From Catajapyx aquilonaris (taxonomy: Eukaryota), in NCBI GenBank assembly GCA_000934665.2, contig KZ538156.1, positions 1 to 64,000 on the forward strand: DNA of 64,000 nt, in the 5' to 3' direction. Positions 9,780-36,715 of the stretch are shown piece by piece. A program made the position numbers and the translations under genes. The first letter of the stretch is position 1. Every line of letters begins with the position of its first letter. The notes under the pieces are model-generated. The model searched no databases and was not told where the DNA came from. It saw only the letters and a program-made list of their open reading frames with translations.

Positions 9780-10286
9780 ATGGCAGACTCGGCTGTGGAA
9801 GAGGAGCTGCAGAGCGAGGGAGTCACAGACTCGCCAAAGAAAGGTCACAATTTTTTGTTTAGGAATCACCTTGAACATTAGTCACTTGAAGGCATGTGTA
9901 TTTCAGGTCCAACATTGTCCACAAGTACGAGCAGTTTCGAAGCTTTGGACCCGCATGACCCGAACCTGAACCGCTTGGCTTGCCACATGTTTGAGCGGAC
10001 GGCTGAGTACGTACAGGGAGAACTGGCTTCAGTGCAGGAGGACTACCGACTGTTGGAGGCTATGAACAGGGCCACTATTGCTAAGTACTCGGACATGAAG
10101 CAGATTGCCGGGAATGTTGCTAAAGCGCTGACTGATCTGAACCAGAAGTACCGCAGCCTGCAGCCGTATCTGGAGCAGATTGACCAGTTGGACGACAGCA
10201 TGAACAAGCTGGAGCAGGCTGCGTACAAGCTGGACGCCTATTCGAAGAGGCTTGAGTCAAAGTTCAAGACTCTAGAGAAGCACTAG
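9780..10286 (+). CDS. BLOC1S2: Biogenesis of lysosome-related organelles complex 1 subunit 2 (147 aa)
   Basis: Exons 9780-9843 and 9907-10286. MADSAVEEELQSEGVTDSPKKGPTLSTSTSSFEALDPHDPNLNRLA...EDYRLLEAMNRATIAKYSDMKQIA...KLEQAAYKLDAYSKRLESKFK are recognisable BLOS2 motifs. Confidence 0.93.
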
Positions 10287-12573
10287 GTACTGGGAAATTG
10301 TCAAGTGAGGAACGCCAATCAAAATTATATTTGCAGCATTAGAACCAAGGGGTAAAAAAAAAAAAAAAGGTTGCAATATTCATGGCATGGGTAAGCGCAT
10401 TTGATGTGCGATTGACTTTCAGATCTTTACAGCCACACAGCACTGAACCGGAATGAAATCATTGCATTGCTCTCATAAAGTACATAAGTCGTTATGTGTT
10501 CAGATTGGAAACACTGTCCTATCTGAGGAAGTACGACTTCTTTAGCATTACGATGTGTCATGCACAGGCCTACTTTTAAATTATAAAGCAGTGCCTACGG
10601 ACGTGTGTACAGTACATCACAAGTTATCAACAAGTTTCAGTCACTGGAAATCAACATTGCTCTTGTATTGACAGGCATCGCAATCACTTTCACAATATGT
10701 CTATCGACCAACTTTTGGGGGAAATAAATGTTGTAATTAATGTTTCTTGTTGGCATATGTGTCTGAATGGTAATAAAGGTGAGTGAATGCTTCACTTGAT
10801 AAAAAAATACACTTGGATGTGAATTATTTCCAAATGCCGAGCAAATAAATATAAAATCTATTCTTCCTGATGAAACTCACTGCCAGGTTGGTCATGCTTA
10901 TAAATTTTAATAATACTAATCTGTTTGAAAAATGGTTCATGACTGCCCCGATACAGAGTAAAATTTCACAACTTTGAAACACTGCCAGCAAATCAATATT
11001 GTTTTGGCAAATTGCACTAACATGTTAATTTTGGTTGGCTTCCCTAGTAGTCGTTGTTAAAATGTATCGACATCACATCATAGGTAACTTGTCACATTCC
11101 CATCATGTGTACGCTTATAGAAAGCTCATTTTGTGTACTGAATATAGTGTGTATATGTGTGTGATCTACGTAGTACGGTATGTACTTATGTATGAGACAT
11201 GGTGCTGGGTTAAATTATTGTGCAAATGCATGTCAGTTTATACTGCATTTGTAATTTCCTACATATGTGCATATGTGAACTCTATGAATTGAAAGTAAAT
11301 AAACCAAGGTGACAAAAATATACTGTTTTTTTTCACCTGAAAGAAAATCTCTGAAGAGAGAAATTTTTGTAAAATATTGGTATTGCGCGGTTCTAACGGG
11401 GAAAAGTACTTTGGAATTTTGGAATAGGGCCTACAATCTCTTCGTTATGAAACAACAGGAGGATGCTGTGAATTGACTAACAATAGGATATAGAAACGAT
11501 ATATTTGCGAAATTCATTACGCTCAGATTAATTACATATGAACACTTCTGTGGTAATTAGTGCAATTTCTGCACAACCCACTCATTTGCATAAATAATTT
11601 TAAGAAAATTTTCTGCATCCAGACCCAATATTTTTGTTTCACAGGTCATGTCATGGAATGAGAGATTTTATTAACTAACAAGACATGATATTTTTGGGAG
11701 TTACATTTTCCCCCCAACATTACAGTATTGTAATTTATCTACCTTGACCATCAAAAGTAGCCCACATACTACACTCAATTTCTACCAAAATGTGGCTCGA
11801 ATAATTCAGCACTTCATTCATTTGCATATACAACATGCAAATTCAACCAAAGTTGCAATGTGCAATTACCATATTAAATACAGTAGTTAAAATTTAACCT
11901 CTGTTTTCTGTCTTTGATGTGATACACTCTACATATTCATTATTAAAAATTACTTTATTAATATTTGAACACTTGCTAGTTGCTGCCTATTGATGTATGA
12001 CATAACCTGCACAGCTGGCAACACCGCCATAAATTTCGCATAACATTGCATCAAAAAATACACATGTCCATAATATCGACACTTTAAAAGCTCCATTTCC
12101 TTTAGTAGGCGAGAGTGCCAACAATCTACAAGGTAATAACATGCTCATCATTTTTTCCAATTTCCTTTCTCAAAGGCCGCCAAATGGACCGGAACTTTTT
12201 CGATTCCAGCAATCACTTTTTCCTTCATTTTTTTTTTCTTTCTATCTCCCGGATTATTTTTTTTTTTCTCTTTGGCTGTTCTCTCTCGCCTAGAAATTGA
12301 ATCAGTGCAGTCAGTGGCGTGCTAACTAATCCGGAATCAATACCCATGACCCTTTCGCATTTCTGTGCACCCCGCTTGGAGGCAGCTCCTGGCTCGGGTC
12401 AATATATCTCCCTCATGTACGTCACCGGAAAGCACAATAGTAGATAGGCAGTGCAGGAAGTGACGCGTGACAACTCCTGGTCCAATCGGAGGATCCAACG
12501 GAAAAAAAAAGATTGGTAACACCACAAGAGAGACACATATTGGCACCCCCCCAGAAGTGGCGCAGAGGCCATC

Positions 12574-15500
12574 ATGTCACCATGGCCTTTCCTCCTTCTC
12601 TGGCTTGCTGGTTGCTCCATGGGGTTGGATTTCAAGCATCATGACAACCACGAGGTGCTTCGGATACTACAGGAGGTGCAGAGGAAATGTCCCAATCTGA
12701 CCAGGGTCTACGCTCTGAGCGAGGCCTCGGTCAGAGGTCAGCCGCTTCATGTCCTGGAGATCTCAGATCATCCGGGGAGACATGAACTGCGTAAGTTGCA
12801 GATGAAAATTTGTGAACATATGGTTTAACATAGTGTATACAGGGTGAGTCACATTCAGGAGTAAGGTAGCTCAAAATAGCCTCAAAGAGAGGCGCTCCTA
12901 TTCCTGACGAGTAGTGAGGCTATTTTGATATTCAGGTCTGCTACCTTACATGTTACATCTGAAAGTGACTGATGTGCAGTAGGCTACAGTACATACAGTC
13001 CAGGATATGTGCAACTTTGCACGGGGAAATGAATTGCGTCAAAAATTCGAAATTTTGGGCATTTAGACCCCCCAAAATTGTAGGACCTTTCCTTGAATCA
13101 GAGACATCGGTGTGGGAAGTTTTAGGACTCTCGGCACTCTGAAAGTGGGTTAAATAGCCGTGAGATATGGACACACTTTCTCCTTCATATTATGTAAGAT
13201 ACGGGTTGCCGATTGTGTCTAGGGGCACCCCAGATGTTCCTCATCATCTAGCAATTTACTATGAGCTAAATTTTTGTATCAAATACACTGCAGATGACGC
13301 TGAATCACCCTGTATATTTGCTTATTACGCATTGCCCGATATTGCGCGTTAATTACTATTAGGGGTAGTCATGGCGAGTAAGCCTCCCAATCTGTCAATG
13401 TCTTGTGATATTGGCTCGAAAGCAAGCAGAATGTTAATGACACAGCATTGTTCATAACAACACCTACACATCACTGTTTACTTATCAGTGATTAATTACT
13501 GTGCAGTAGAATTATGCGCATTCAGCATGATCCCGAATCCGCTGAATAACGTTTCATCCTAATAATTTTTGCACTCATTGAAGGTGTGGGTGGATGTTAT
13601 CTATTTTTGGTACCAATTAATCACAATGTCACTACCCATTACTCTGCATTGATCATCTTTAGGCCTATACTGGTTCATCGCGTGATCGAGAAGCAAAGTG
13701 GTTGTCCCTTTTTATCAGTTCTTGGTATAACAACATTCATATCAATGATCAATTTGTTTAGGATCATGCAACCGGACCCAAAAGTGTATTAATAAATTTG
13801 AAGTTGGCCTATTTTTATTGAAATGCGAGCGTGACTATTGTGGCTTTTTATTATCCAACAAAGTGACACAATGTATTAGTCATTTGCACTACTTCAAAAA
13901 GTATTACTTAATTTTGTAGACATATTTTAATGCTGCATGCATGACTTATATTGAACTAATTATTTCACAAAATTAAACCGCATTTAAAAAGCACATTTTT
14001 GAGGTCATGCCCACAACAATCCGGGTGTGTAATCAAACGAAGTGTTAATGTGCGTTTATCATTTCTGCGTAATGAGGGCAGCAGATGTTCCATGTAACAT
14101 TCAGAATCACTTGGGACCCATATGGTAGGTTTTCGTCATCGATTTTTCCCCAGATGTTCGACGTCACAAGTCGGATTATCTTTATAATCCTCTTAGGAAC
14201 TTCCTCTTCTAAGTGCCTCCTAAAATAGGAAGCCCCAACACTACTCTTCACAACTTTACCTTCCATTATAAAAGGCTCAAACGTGACTCAAATTAAAGTG
14301 TTTTCCTTACTAATCTTCTGTTCAGTAGCGGAAGTGTATAGATAAGGTTCGTTTTATAATTAATGTCTGACGCATTCGTTTTCTGCTTATTTTTTCTCCC
14401 CCCTAACAGTTGAGCCCGAATTTAAGTATATAGCCAACATGCACGGTAATGAAGTCCTAGGTCGAGAACTGATGCTGCAATTGGCAGACCATTTGTGCGA
14501 GGAATACCAGGCTGGAAATAAGGATATTCAAAAGATGCTGGACACGACCAGAATCCACATCATGCCCACGATGAATCCAGATGGCTGGGATTTGGCGACA
14601 GAAATGGTCAGTTTTCATTCCTTTTTTTAAAAAAAAAATTTTGATACTGTGGGTGACAAAAAGTTCGTGTCTCCTCCAATAGGGCAGAGACAACTTCATA
14701 GTAGGACGAAGCAACAACAATAGTGTGGACTTGAACCGAGATTTTCCTGATCTGGATCGAATCATGTATGGAAACGAGCGGTACCAAGTGGAGCACAACA
14801 ATCACTTGATGGACCAAGTGATGAGGTTGGATCACCCTGTACAGCCCGAGACCTTGGCCATCATGAGGATGATAATGGCCAATCCTTTCGTGGCCTCGGC
14901 CAACCTTCATGGAGGTGACCTCGTTGCCAACTATCCGTATGACTCCAGTAGATCCGGAGCACCCAAGGAGTACGCCGAATCTCCGGATGACGACACGTTC
15001 AGGTAAAGTACAAGGTGTATTTTTGAAGAACTGGAGAGGAGCCTCAATTCCGCTCTTTTTCCGCCAGAGTCACTGGGGGTTAACATGTTTTTCGTACCAA
15101 TCAAGGTCTAGATTAAGACTTAATCTATAGATCTTGTCATTTATGACAGTTACGTTTCGTGCTAACCGCATTAACAGCACTCTCCGAAAGAAGTTGGGAA
15201 GGAAATTAGCAGATGGCGCATGCTGCTTCCTTCCGATTCTATAGCGGCACGACATGACGGTGAAAAAATTAGTAGGCCTCTACAGCAACTCAATCCTGTT
15301 GCCATTGACAATTCCGGCACCATATGTTAAACAGTGATAGGCGGATGAAGTGAAACTATTGACTCTTGTGCAACAATGCAGAAAATTGGCACGATGTCAC
15401 CTAATATTGCCTTGATATTAATCACGCTGCTGAGTACGGGGACACCTACGCGCAGTTGCTTTCTCATCCAAGGGATTTGATTAAAAAACTAGGTCGACTA

Positions 15501-17446
15501 ATTAACGTCCGCTTTGATGAGCTGAGTAATTGCAGTTGCCCCGGAAATTGAACCGTCCCTAATATTTTCCGGGGACAATATTGGCAAATTCCTGCGAACT
15601 ATGCGTGGGACTGTTCCCGGTTCTTTGCGTCAGCAACAGAAGAAAGGATTCGTCTTATATATTTCATCAATAGCTATATTCTATTTGCGTTCAGATCAAT
15701 ACTTTCTAACAGCTCATCATTTTGGATTTTGGCAATATTGAGCCATGACCATTAGTGCGCATGAGAGAAAATATACTTTGCACAAAAATTTTTTTAAAAG
15801 GTTTTGCATAACCCTTGAAAGCTTCTCTCTAGCAGAGTTTCGAGTTACAAACTGCTGATGATGGCGATTTGACCTTTCGCCATTATATAGCCTATCGTGA
15901 AGTTATTCTGGGATTGTAATATGAGATGTTGGCTTATTTTGTTTGCCCCAGCTTCCGCCATGCTACAGGATGTTACTAATAGTCCAATATACTAATACTA
16001 TAATACTAATAGTCCGATATAATAGTAGTACTGTACAATACTGATTTTTTTGGCATTTTGGTGCCATTTTACTCAGATAATAATCACTCACTGTTTCGCT
16101 ACACAACATATTGAGCGCTAGTTGTGATTGTAGTGTTGAATAACCTACAGTATGATCCCTATTATTCACTTGCGTGGAAAACCCAATGTGAAATAATTTG
16201 TAACCGTCAAATCCTCCGATATAATTTGCACCTATTTCAATTGACCCATTGTTATTTACAGACATTTGGCGCTATCTTACGCAACTCGGCACCCTACAAT
16301 GGCAGATCCAACAAGAGCGGCTTGTGATGCTAGAGACACCAACTTTGGACCAAGAGGAGGCATCACCAATGGTGCGGCTTGGTACAGCGTCAGAGGAGGT
16401 CAGATTATTAAAACATTTTTTTAAAAAACATGGTTATTATGTATAAAATTTTGGTGCACCGACAGGAATGCAAGACTTCAACTACCTCTCATCAAACGAT
16501 TTTGAAATCACTCTTGAATTGGGTTGTGAGAAATACCCTGCAGAAGATGCCCTACAGAAGGAGTGGGACAACAATAAGGACGCAATTTTGAATTTGATCT
16601 GGCAGGTATGCTCCTGTAGTATAAGTTTTTTTTGAATGCTCATTAACTTATTGTCATCTCTATACAAATTATTCAGACTCACATTGGAGTCAAAGGCATG
16701 GTTCGAGATGCTATCACAGGATCTTCGATTTCCAACGCCATTATTCACGTGAAGAATGTGACTGTGATCAATGACACTCTGGCTGAAAACCGTGACATTG
16801 ACCATGACATCACATCAGGTAAGTCATTCACGAATTTTGTGTATTTTGTATCATGAAGGTTATTTTGTGGTGTTCAGCAAAAATGTTGACTTAATAATAC
16901 TTCATATTTTCACTCAGTTCACGATGGCGACTATTGGCGTCTACTGACCCCTGGAGAGTACCTGGTGACCGCCTATCATGAAGGCTATCAACCTCAGACT
17001 CTGAAGACGACAGTGACCAACCCTGAACACGAGGAGGCTCAGAGACTTGACTTCTGGCTAGAACCAAACATCAGAGATGATGGGGAAGATGGATTTAACC
17101 TGGTAATGCTTCGAATATTATGAATTTATAAGACACAAAAAAAATGAATAAAATAAAAATAATATACAAGCAAAATAAGTTTAGGGGTGTACTAGTAATG
17201 ATGATGAATTTCATGGATTTATTATCATCATCATCAACATCACGACATTTCCCTATGAGGGGTCGTCAGCAATGGATTTCTTATCAATTCTTATTAATTA
17301 ATCAATAAGGATTAATTCATTAATTAAAAAAAAATCTTTTGCAGTCTTATGACGGAGCAGATGCCTACGATGGGATAGAGACACCTCGACTGGCTGATCT
17401 ACAAAAAAGATGGCAGAGTTATTTATACAGAGCTGGACACGTCTAA
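12574..17446 (+). CDS. CPE: Carboxypeptidase E-like metallocarboxypeptidase (M14 subfamily N/E), 479 aa, secreted
   Basis: Exons 12574-12790, 14410-14606, 14683-15002, 16262-16398, 16466-16605, 16677-16818, 16918-17102, 17345-17446 join in frame (1440 nt). Signal peptide; motifs [54 protein letters not shown] and [11 protein letters not shown]; transthyretin-like C-domain with [10 protein letters not shown]. Single catalytic domain with no transmembrane segment, so not CPD. CPE versus CPN/CPM orthology needs a tree. Confidence 0.88.
12840..13312. mobile_element. Tc1/mariner-type MITE in CPE intron 1
   Basis: TA|cagggtgagtca ... tgaatcaccctg|TA: terminal inverted repeats with TA target duplication. 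Confidence 0.75.
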
Positions 17447-18494
17447 ATTGGAAGACCGTACCACAATAATTGACCGTTTATTTTCCCCGCATTCGAATAT
17501 TAATAATGTTAGAACAAAACAAAATAAATTACGCGAACAAAAGTTGGACACAGAGAACAAAAACAGTGAGGACAGAATGGATACTTTTGTATGAATATGC
17601 AATTACTGTAGAATTCTTATAATACATGTCTATCTATATGTTGATCAGTGTGTAGATTTGGACATAATGTCATCAAAAGTACTCATGTGTCATCATGTTG
17701 GCTGGCTTGTACATATGTTGTCATCACTCCAACTTTAGTCGCTGCACTGATTTTACCCGACCATTTTTTATTTATTTTTGATTAGATCGAATCTGTGTCT
17801 CGTCTAATCAAAAATAATTTTCTGCTCCAACTCGCGTAGTCTCTGGTCACACACATTTTCCCCGTCTGTTTCTTCTGTATGAGTAAAGAAAAAAAAATGC
17901 TTGAAAAAAAGTCTAATTTTAAACAACACATTTAAGAACAACAAAAAAAGAAGTGATAACAATCAATAAGACTTGGGAAGAAAATAATTTATTTTTGTAG
18001 ATGCACATTGTCCAAGCAGTATTAAAACGGTATTGGCAGCTCTCGTCTTTTGAAAAAAATCGATAGTTATAAATTCATATAGCCAAAAATGTAGTTGTCA
18101 CACAATTTTTAAAAACAAATTTAAACATGGCAAGATATCAACGGGCAATTGTATAACCTACAATGATTCAATAACAACATTGGCAATTATTACAATGAGT
18201 ATTTTTATACCCCCTTTCCCCTATTATCGTATCCATATATTAGAGTTCAGCACAAATTGACTAATTCATAATTAATTTCATTAACTAATACCGTAATTAA
18301 TTTTACAATTAATTTACGGAAAGGACAATAAAACATACAGTATAATTGTTACTTTAATCAAGTTATTACCTCTTGATTTAATTCATAATTCATATTTATC
18401 TCCCTAAAAGGGCCCAGCCCTAGAATGGGGTAACGTAAATAAATAAATAAATAAATCGTATTTATCCCATTATAATTATTAATTTAACCAATAT

Positions 18495-18823
18495 ATTTTT
18501 GCATTACCCCATTGGGAGTTACATCTCCTTTTAGGGGGGTGGAATACCACCATCTTGATGGAACCGGTATACTAAGATAGTATTTAGTTTGTTCCATGAA
18601 GGGTAGGCGGGAGGGCATGTGCAAAGTGCAAGTGCAATGTCTCTAATCGTCATTTAGTGAACTCCCCCGGGTGGCTTAGTCTATCGGAAATTGCCACCCG
18701 AAATGAAGCCAGAGATGGCCCAACTCTGCACGGATAAAGGTGGGAACCCCGGGTGGGGATCGAACCCGGGACCTTAATATCCGTGGGCGCGTACGTTACC
18801 GCAGCGCCCACTTCATCTCCCCC
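18495..18823 (-). mobile_element. tRNA-derived SINE
   Basis: The reverse strand reads ggggagatgaagtgggcgctgcggtaacg...gggttcgatccc (A and B boxes). Head and body are homologous to 33444-33766. Confidence 0.85.
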
Positions 18824-19535
18824 GCAATAATTCACATTTATCTAATTATAATAATTAATTTAAGAAATAATTAATTTCATTTAGTTTGGTTATTGCATTA
18901 ACTATATTACTTTAATAAATAAATAGTTCATGGACTTGATTAATCCATCTTTGGTGGCGACATGCGCGCCATCTGCTCCCGGTGGTGTAGAGGTAGGGCT
19001 TCGTATCAGCCAAGCAGAGAGGAAGGAGATAAAAGCCGGGGCGGTGTTTTGTCCGTTCGAAAACGGCCGTTGGAAGTAGAGGGAAAGGAGGACTGGCAGC
19101 AAAAAGGAGAAAGTCTGACCCACACCACGTACCGGTACACTGTGTCACACTATCCACCGCTGCCTGGACACTGGACAGGGGGACTCCTTTGGTCTGGAGG
19201 AGGACAACCAACAGGACTGGGTAACGATTGGATGGATTGGATGGAAAGGAATGATCTGATTCCTAACTTGGCCTTGACACTTGTCTGATTGTACTGTGTA
19301 AATGCTGGATGTTTTTGGGTCAGTCAGTCGCAGGTTTATGGTGCACTGGTCATGGCCAGTTTGGAGCGGACTGACTGTACACTGCGGTTGCGGGTGGGTA
19401 TTTACCAGGGTGTGGCGCTGTATGTGCACAACGCAGGGCAGAAATATGTGATGTAATTTTTTTATGGGTAGGTCTGGTTGTGTTGCAGGCTGAAATTGTA
19501 CGTGGAAAAGACACCAAAAGCATTTTGTTGCCTAA

Positions 19536-19684
19536 AGGCCCATTCACACAGGCCGTCGACGGTTTTGGTTTTTGGTCTCGTCGACGCCGCGGGCCCTCAC
19601 GTAAACAGCGCGTCATGGTTACCGTGAGGGCCCACTCTGATTGGTCTAAAACCAAAACCGTCGACGGCCTGTGTGAATGGGCCT
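19536..19684. mobile_element. PIF/Harbinger (Tourist-like) MITE
   Basis: TAA|aggcccattcacacaggccgtcgacggttttggttt ... aaaccaaaaccgtcgacggcctgtgtgaatgggcct|TAA: perfect ~35-bp TIRs and a 3-bp TSD. Confidence 0.88.
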
Positions 19685-19818
19685 TAATGAGTAATGACTA
19701 ATGATGTTTTCTGTGCAACTGGACCGTAGTAGGACCAATCTTTCTATGTTTATTCCCAAATTAATTATAATGTCGTAGCAACATAAACAGGAATGATGAC
19801 ATTATGGCAGTCACTTAC

Positions 19819-19947
19819 AGGTGCGTTTACATGTGAGTGATATCTTGGCCGAGGTTGAAATTAATAATCGATTTTCGCCTCAAACAATGGGTTACTCACC
19901 CTCGGCGAAGATTTCGCTCGTCAAATCACTCACATGTAAACGTACCT
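19819..19947. mobile_element. Harbinger-like MITE
   Basis: TIRs aggtgcgtttacatgtgagtgat / atcactcacatgtaaacgtacct. The TSD is ambiguous. Confidence 0.7.
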
Positions 19948-20064
19948 TTAAATATGTGTATAGCATGCATACAGTCCCCGACTTTTGTAGCTCCAACATA
20001 AGTGGATTCTGGCTTCTTTAACCATTTTCAGCATGCACAAAAAATTGTGTGGAACAAGCTGGTA

Positions 20065-20383
20065 TAGGCGGCCCGCCCATACGTCGACCTTACGTTTTGT
20101 TTACCAACTCCTAGTCAACAGGAATCTGCCAAGCGCACCCCTGGAACCTCCCGCTTTTCCAGTTTTCCGTGGTCCAAATGCCCTCACACAATAATATGAG
20201 TAAACAGTATCAACAAAAAAAAGAACAATGTTTACTCCCAATTGTTGTGCGAGGGAATCTTCATGGAGACTTGAAAAGTGGGAGGTTCCACGGGTGCGCT
20301 CGACAGATTTCCGTTGACTAGTAGTCAGTAAACAAAATGATTACGTAATGTCAAAGCAGGTCGAAGTAAGGGCGGGCTGCCTA
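20065..20383. mobile_element. Fold-back MITE with TA flanks
   Basis: TA|taggcggcccgcccatacgtcgacct ... aggtcgaagtaagggcgggctgccta|TA. The arms pair over most of the length, e.g. ctagtcaacaggaatctg / cagatttccgttgactag. Confidence 0.8.
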
Positions 20384-21251
20384 TAATGTAAAATTCTGGC
20401 AATTGCAAAAAAAAGGGTGTTGAACTGTGGCCCATGGCAACTCATACTTGCTCACTGAGGCTCATTCAGTCACTCGATTTCCATGTGACAGATGTTTGCA
20501 ACCAGCTTCTGGGCCTCGGGAGGAATACCTTCCTCCAAATGAATACAACAGTAACCCCAATATAGGTCTATTGAAGCACAAGGTACAGTGCAGTGTACTG
20601 TATAATGAAAAACATGTCCTAAGTTATGTAAAAGTGTTGCATTTATTGTTGTGGAACAATCTATTGGTATGTAAGTCAGGGACAAGCTGTATGTTGAGAA
20701 TGAAAGAAATTTATTGCGTGAGACCTGAATGCTGTATTTGATACACAAAGTGGAAGGGTTTCTGAGTGACTTTATTGTTGCATTGGCATGAGAAAGCCTT
20801 TTTTTTTTTTCTTCTTCTTCTTCATCTAAGTACAAACAGTGTGAAAAATAAATGCAATATGAAACTTGGATACGGCATCGTCATATGCCATGAATTTCAC
20901 AGAAGGTACCTCAGAAATGATCATAAGCTAGGGATGACAACTCCGCACCAATCAGAGCTTCATATTGCTACCAGCCATAGCCTTATGTTATCAGTTATGA
21001 CCTAAAGTGGATGGAATTTAATTAAGGTGATATGTAAGATTTTGTTTTTTTTTTAAAAAAAAAGTATTGGAAATGAATACTAAGTATTGTGTAGCATCCC
21101 TGATGTTGCATTTATCATTGATAGTGTAGACAAGAGTCAAAATCATGTACATTGGTATGCAAATAGACATAGTTCAGCTCAATAATTATGAAATTACAGT
21201 TTTCCTGACATTTGGTAATACTGATGATTGCATTACAGCTGTGGTACCTGA

Positions 21252-36715
<15,464 letters not shown>

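Noticed and set aside
9894..9906. ORF-track start MCIS for BLOC1S2
   Set aside because: It lies inside the intron. The upstream ATG exon 9780-9843 splices in frame at tttcag|9907.
9421..9969. 182-aa ORF
   Set aside because: It overlaps the BLOC1S2 promoter and exon 1 in another frame and has no recognisable features.
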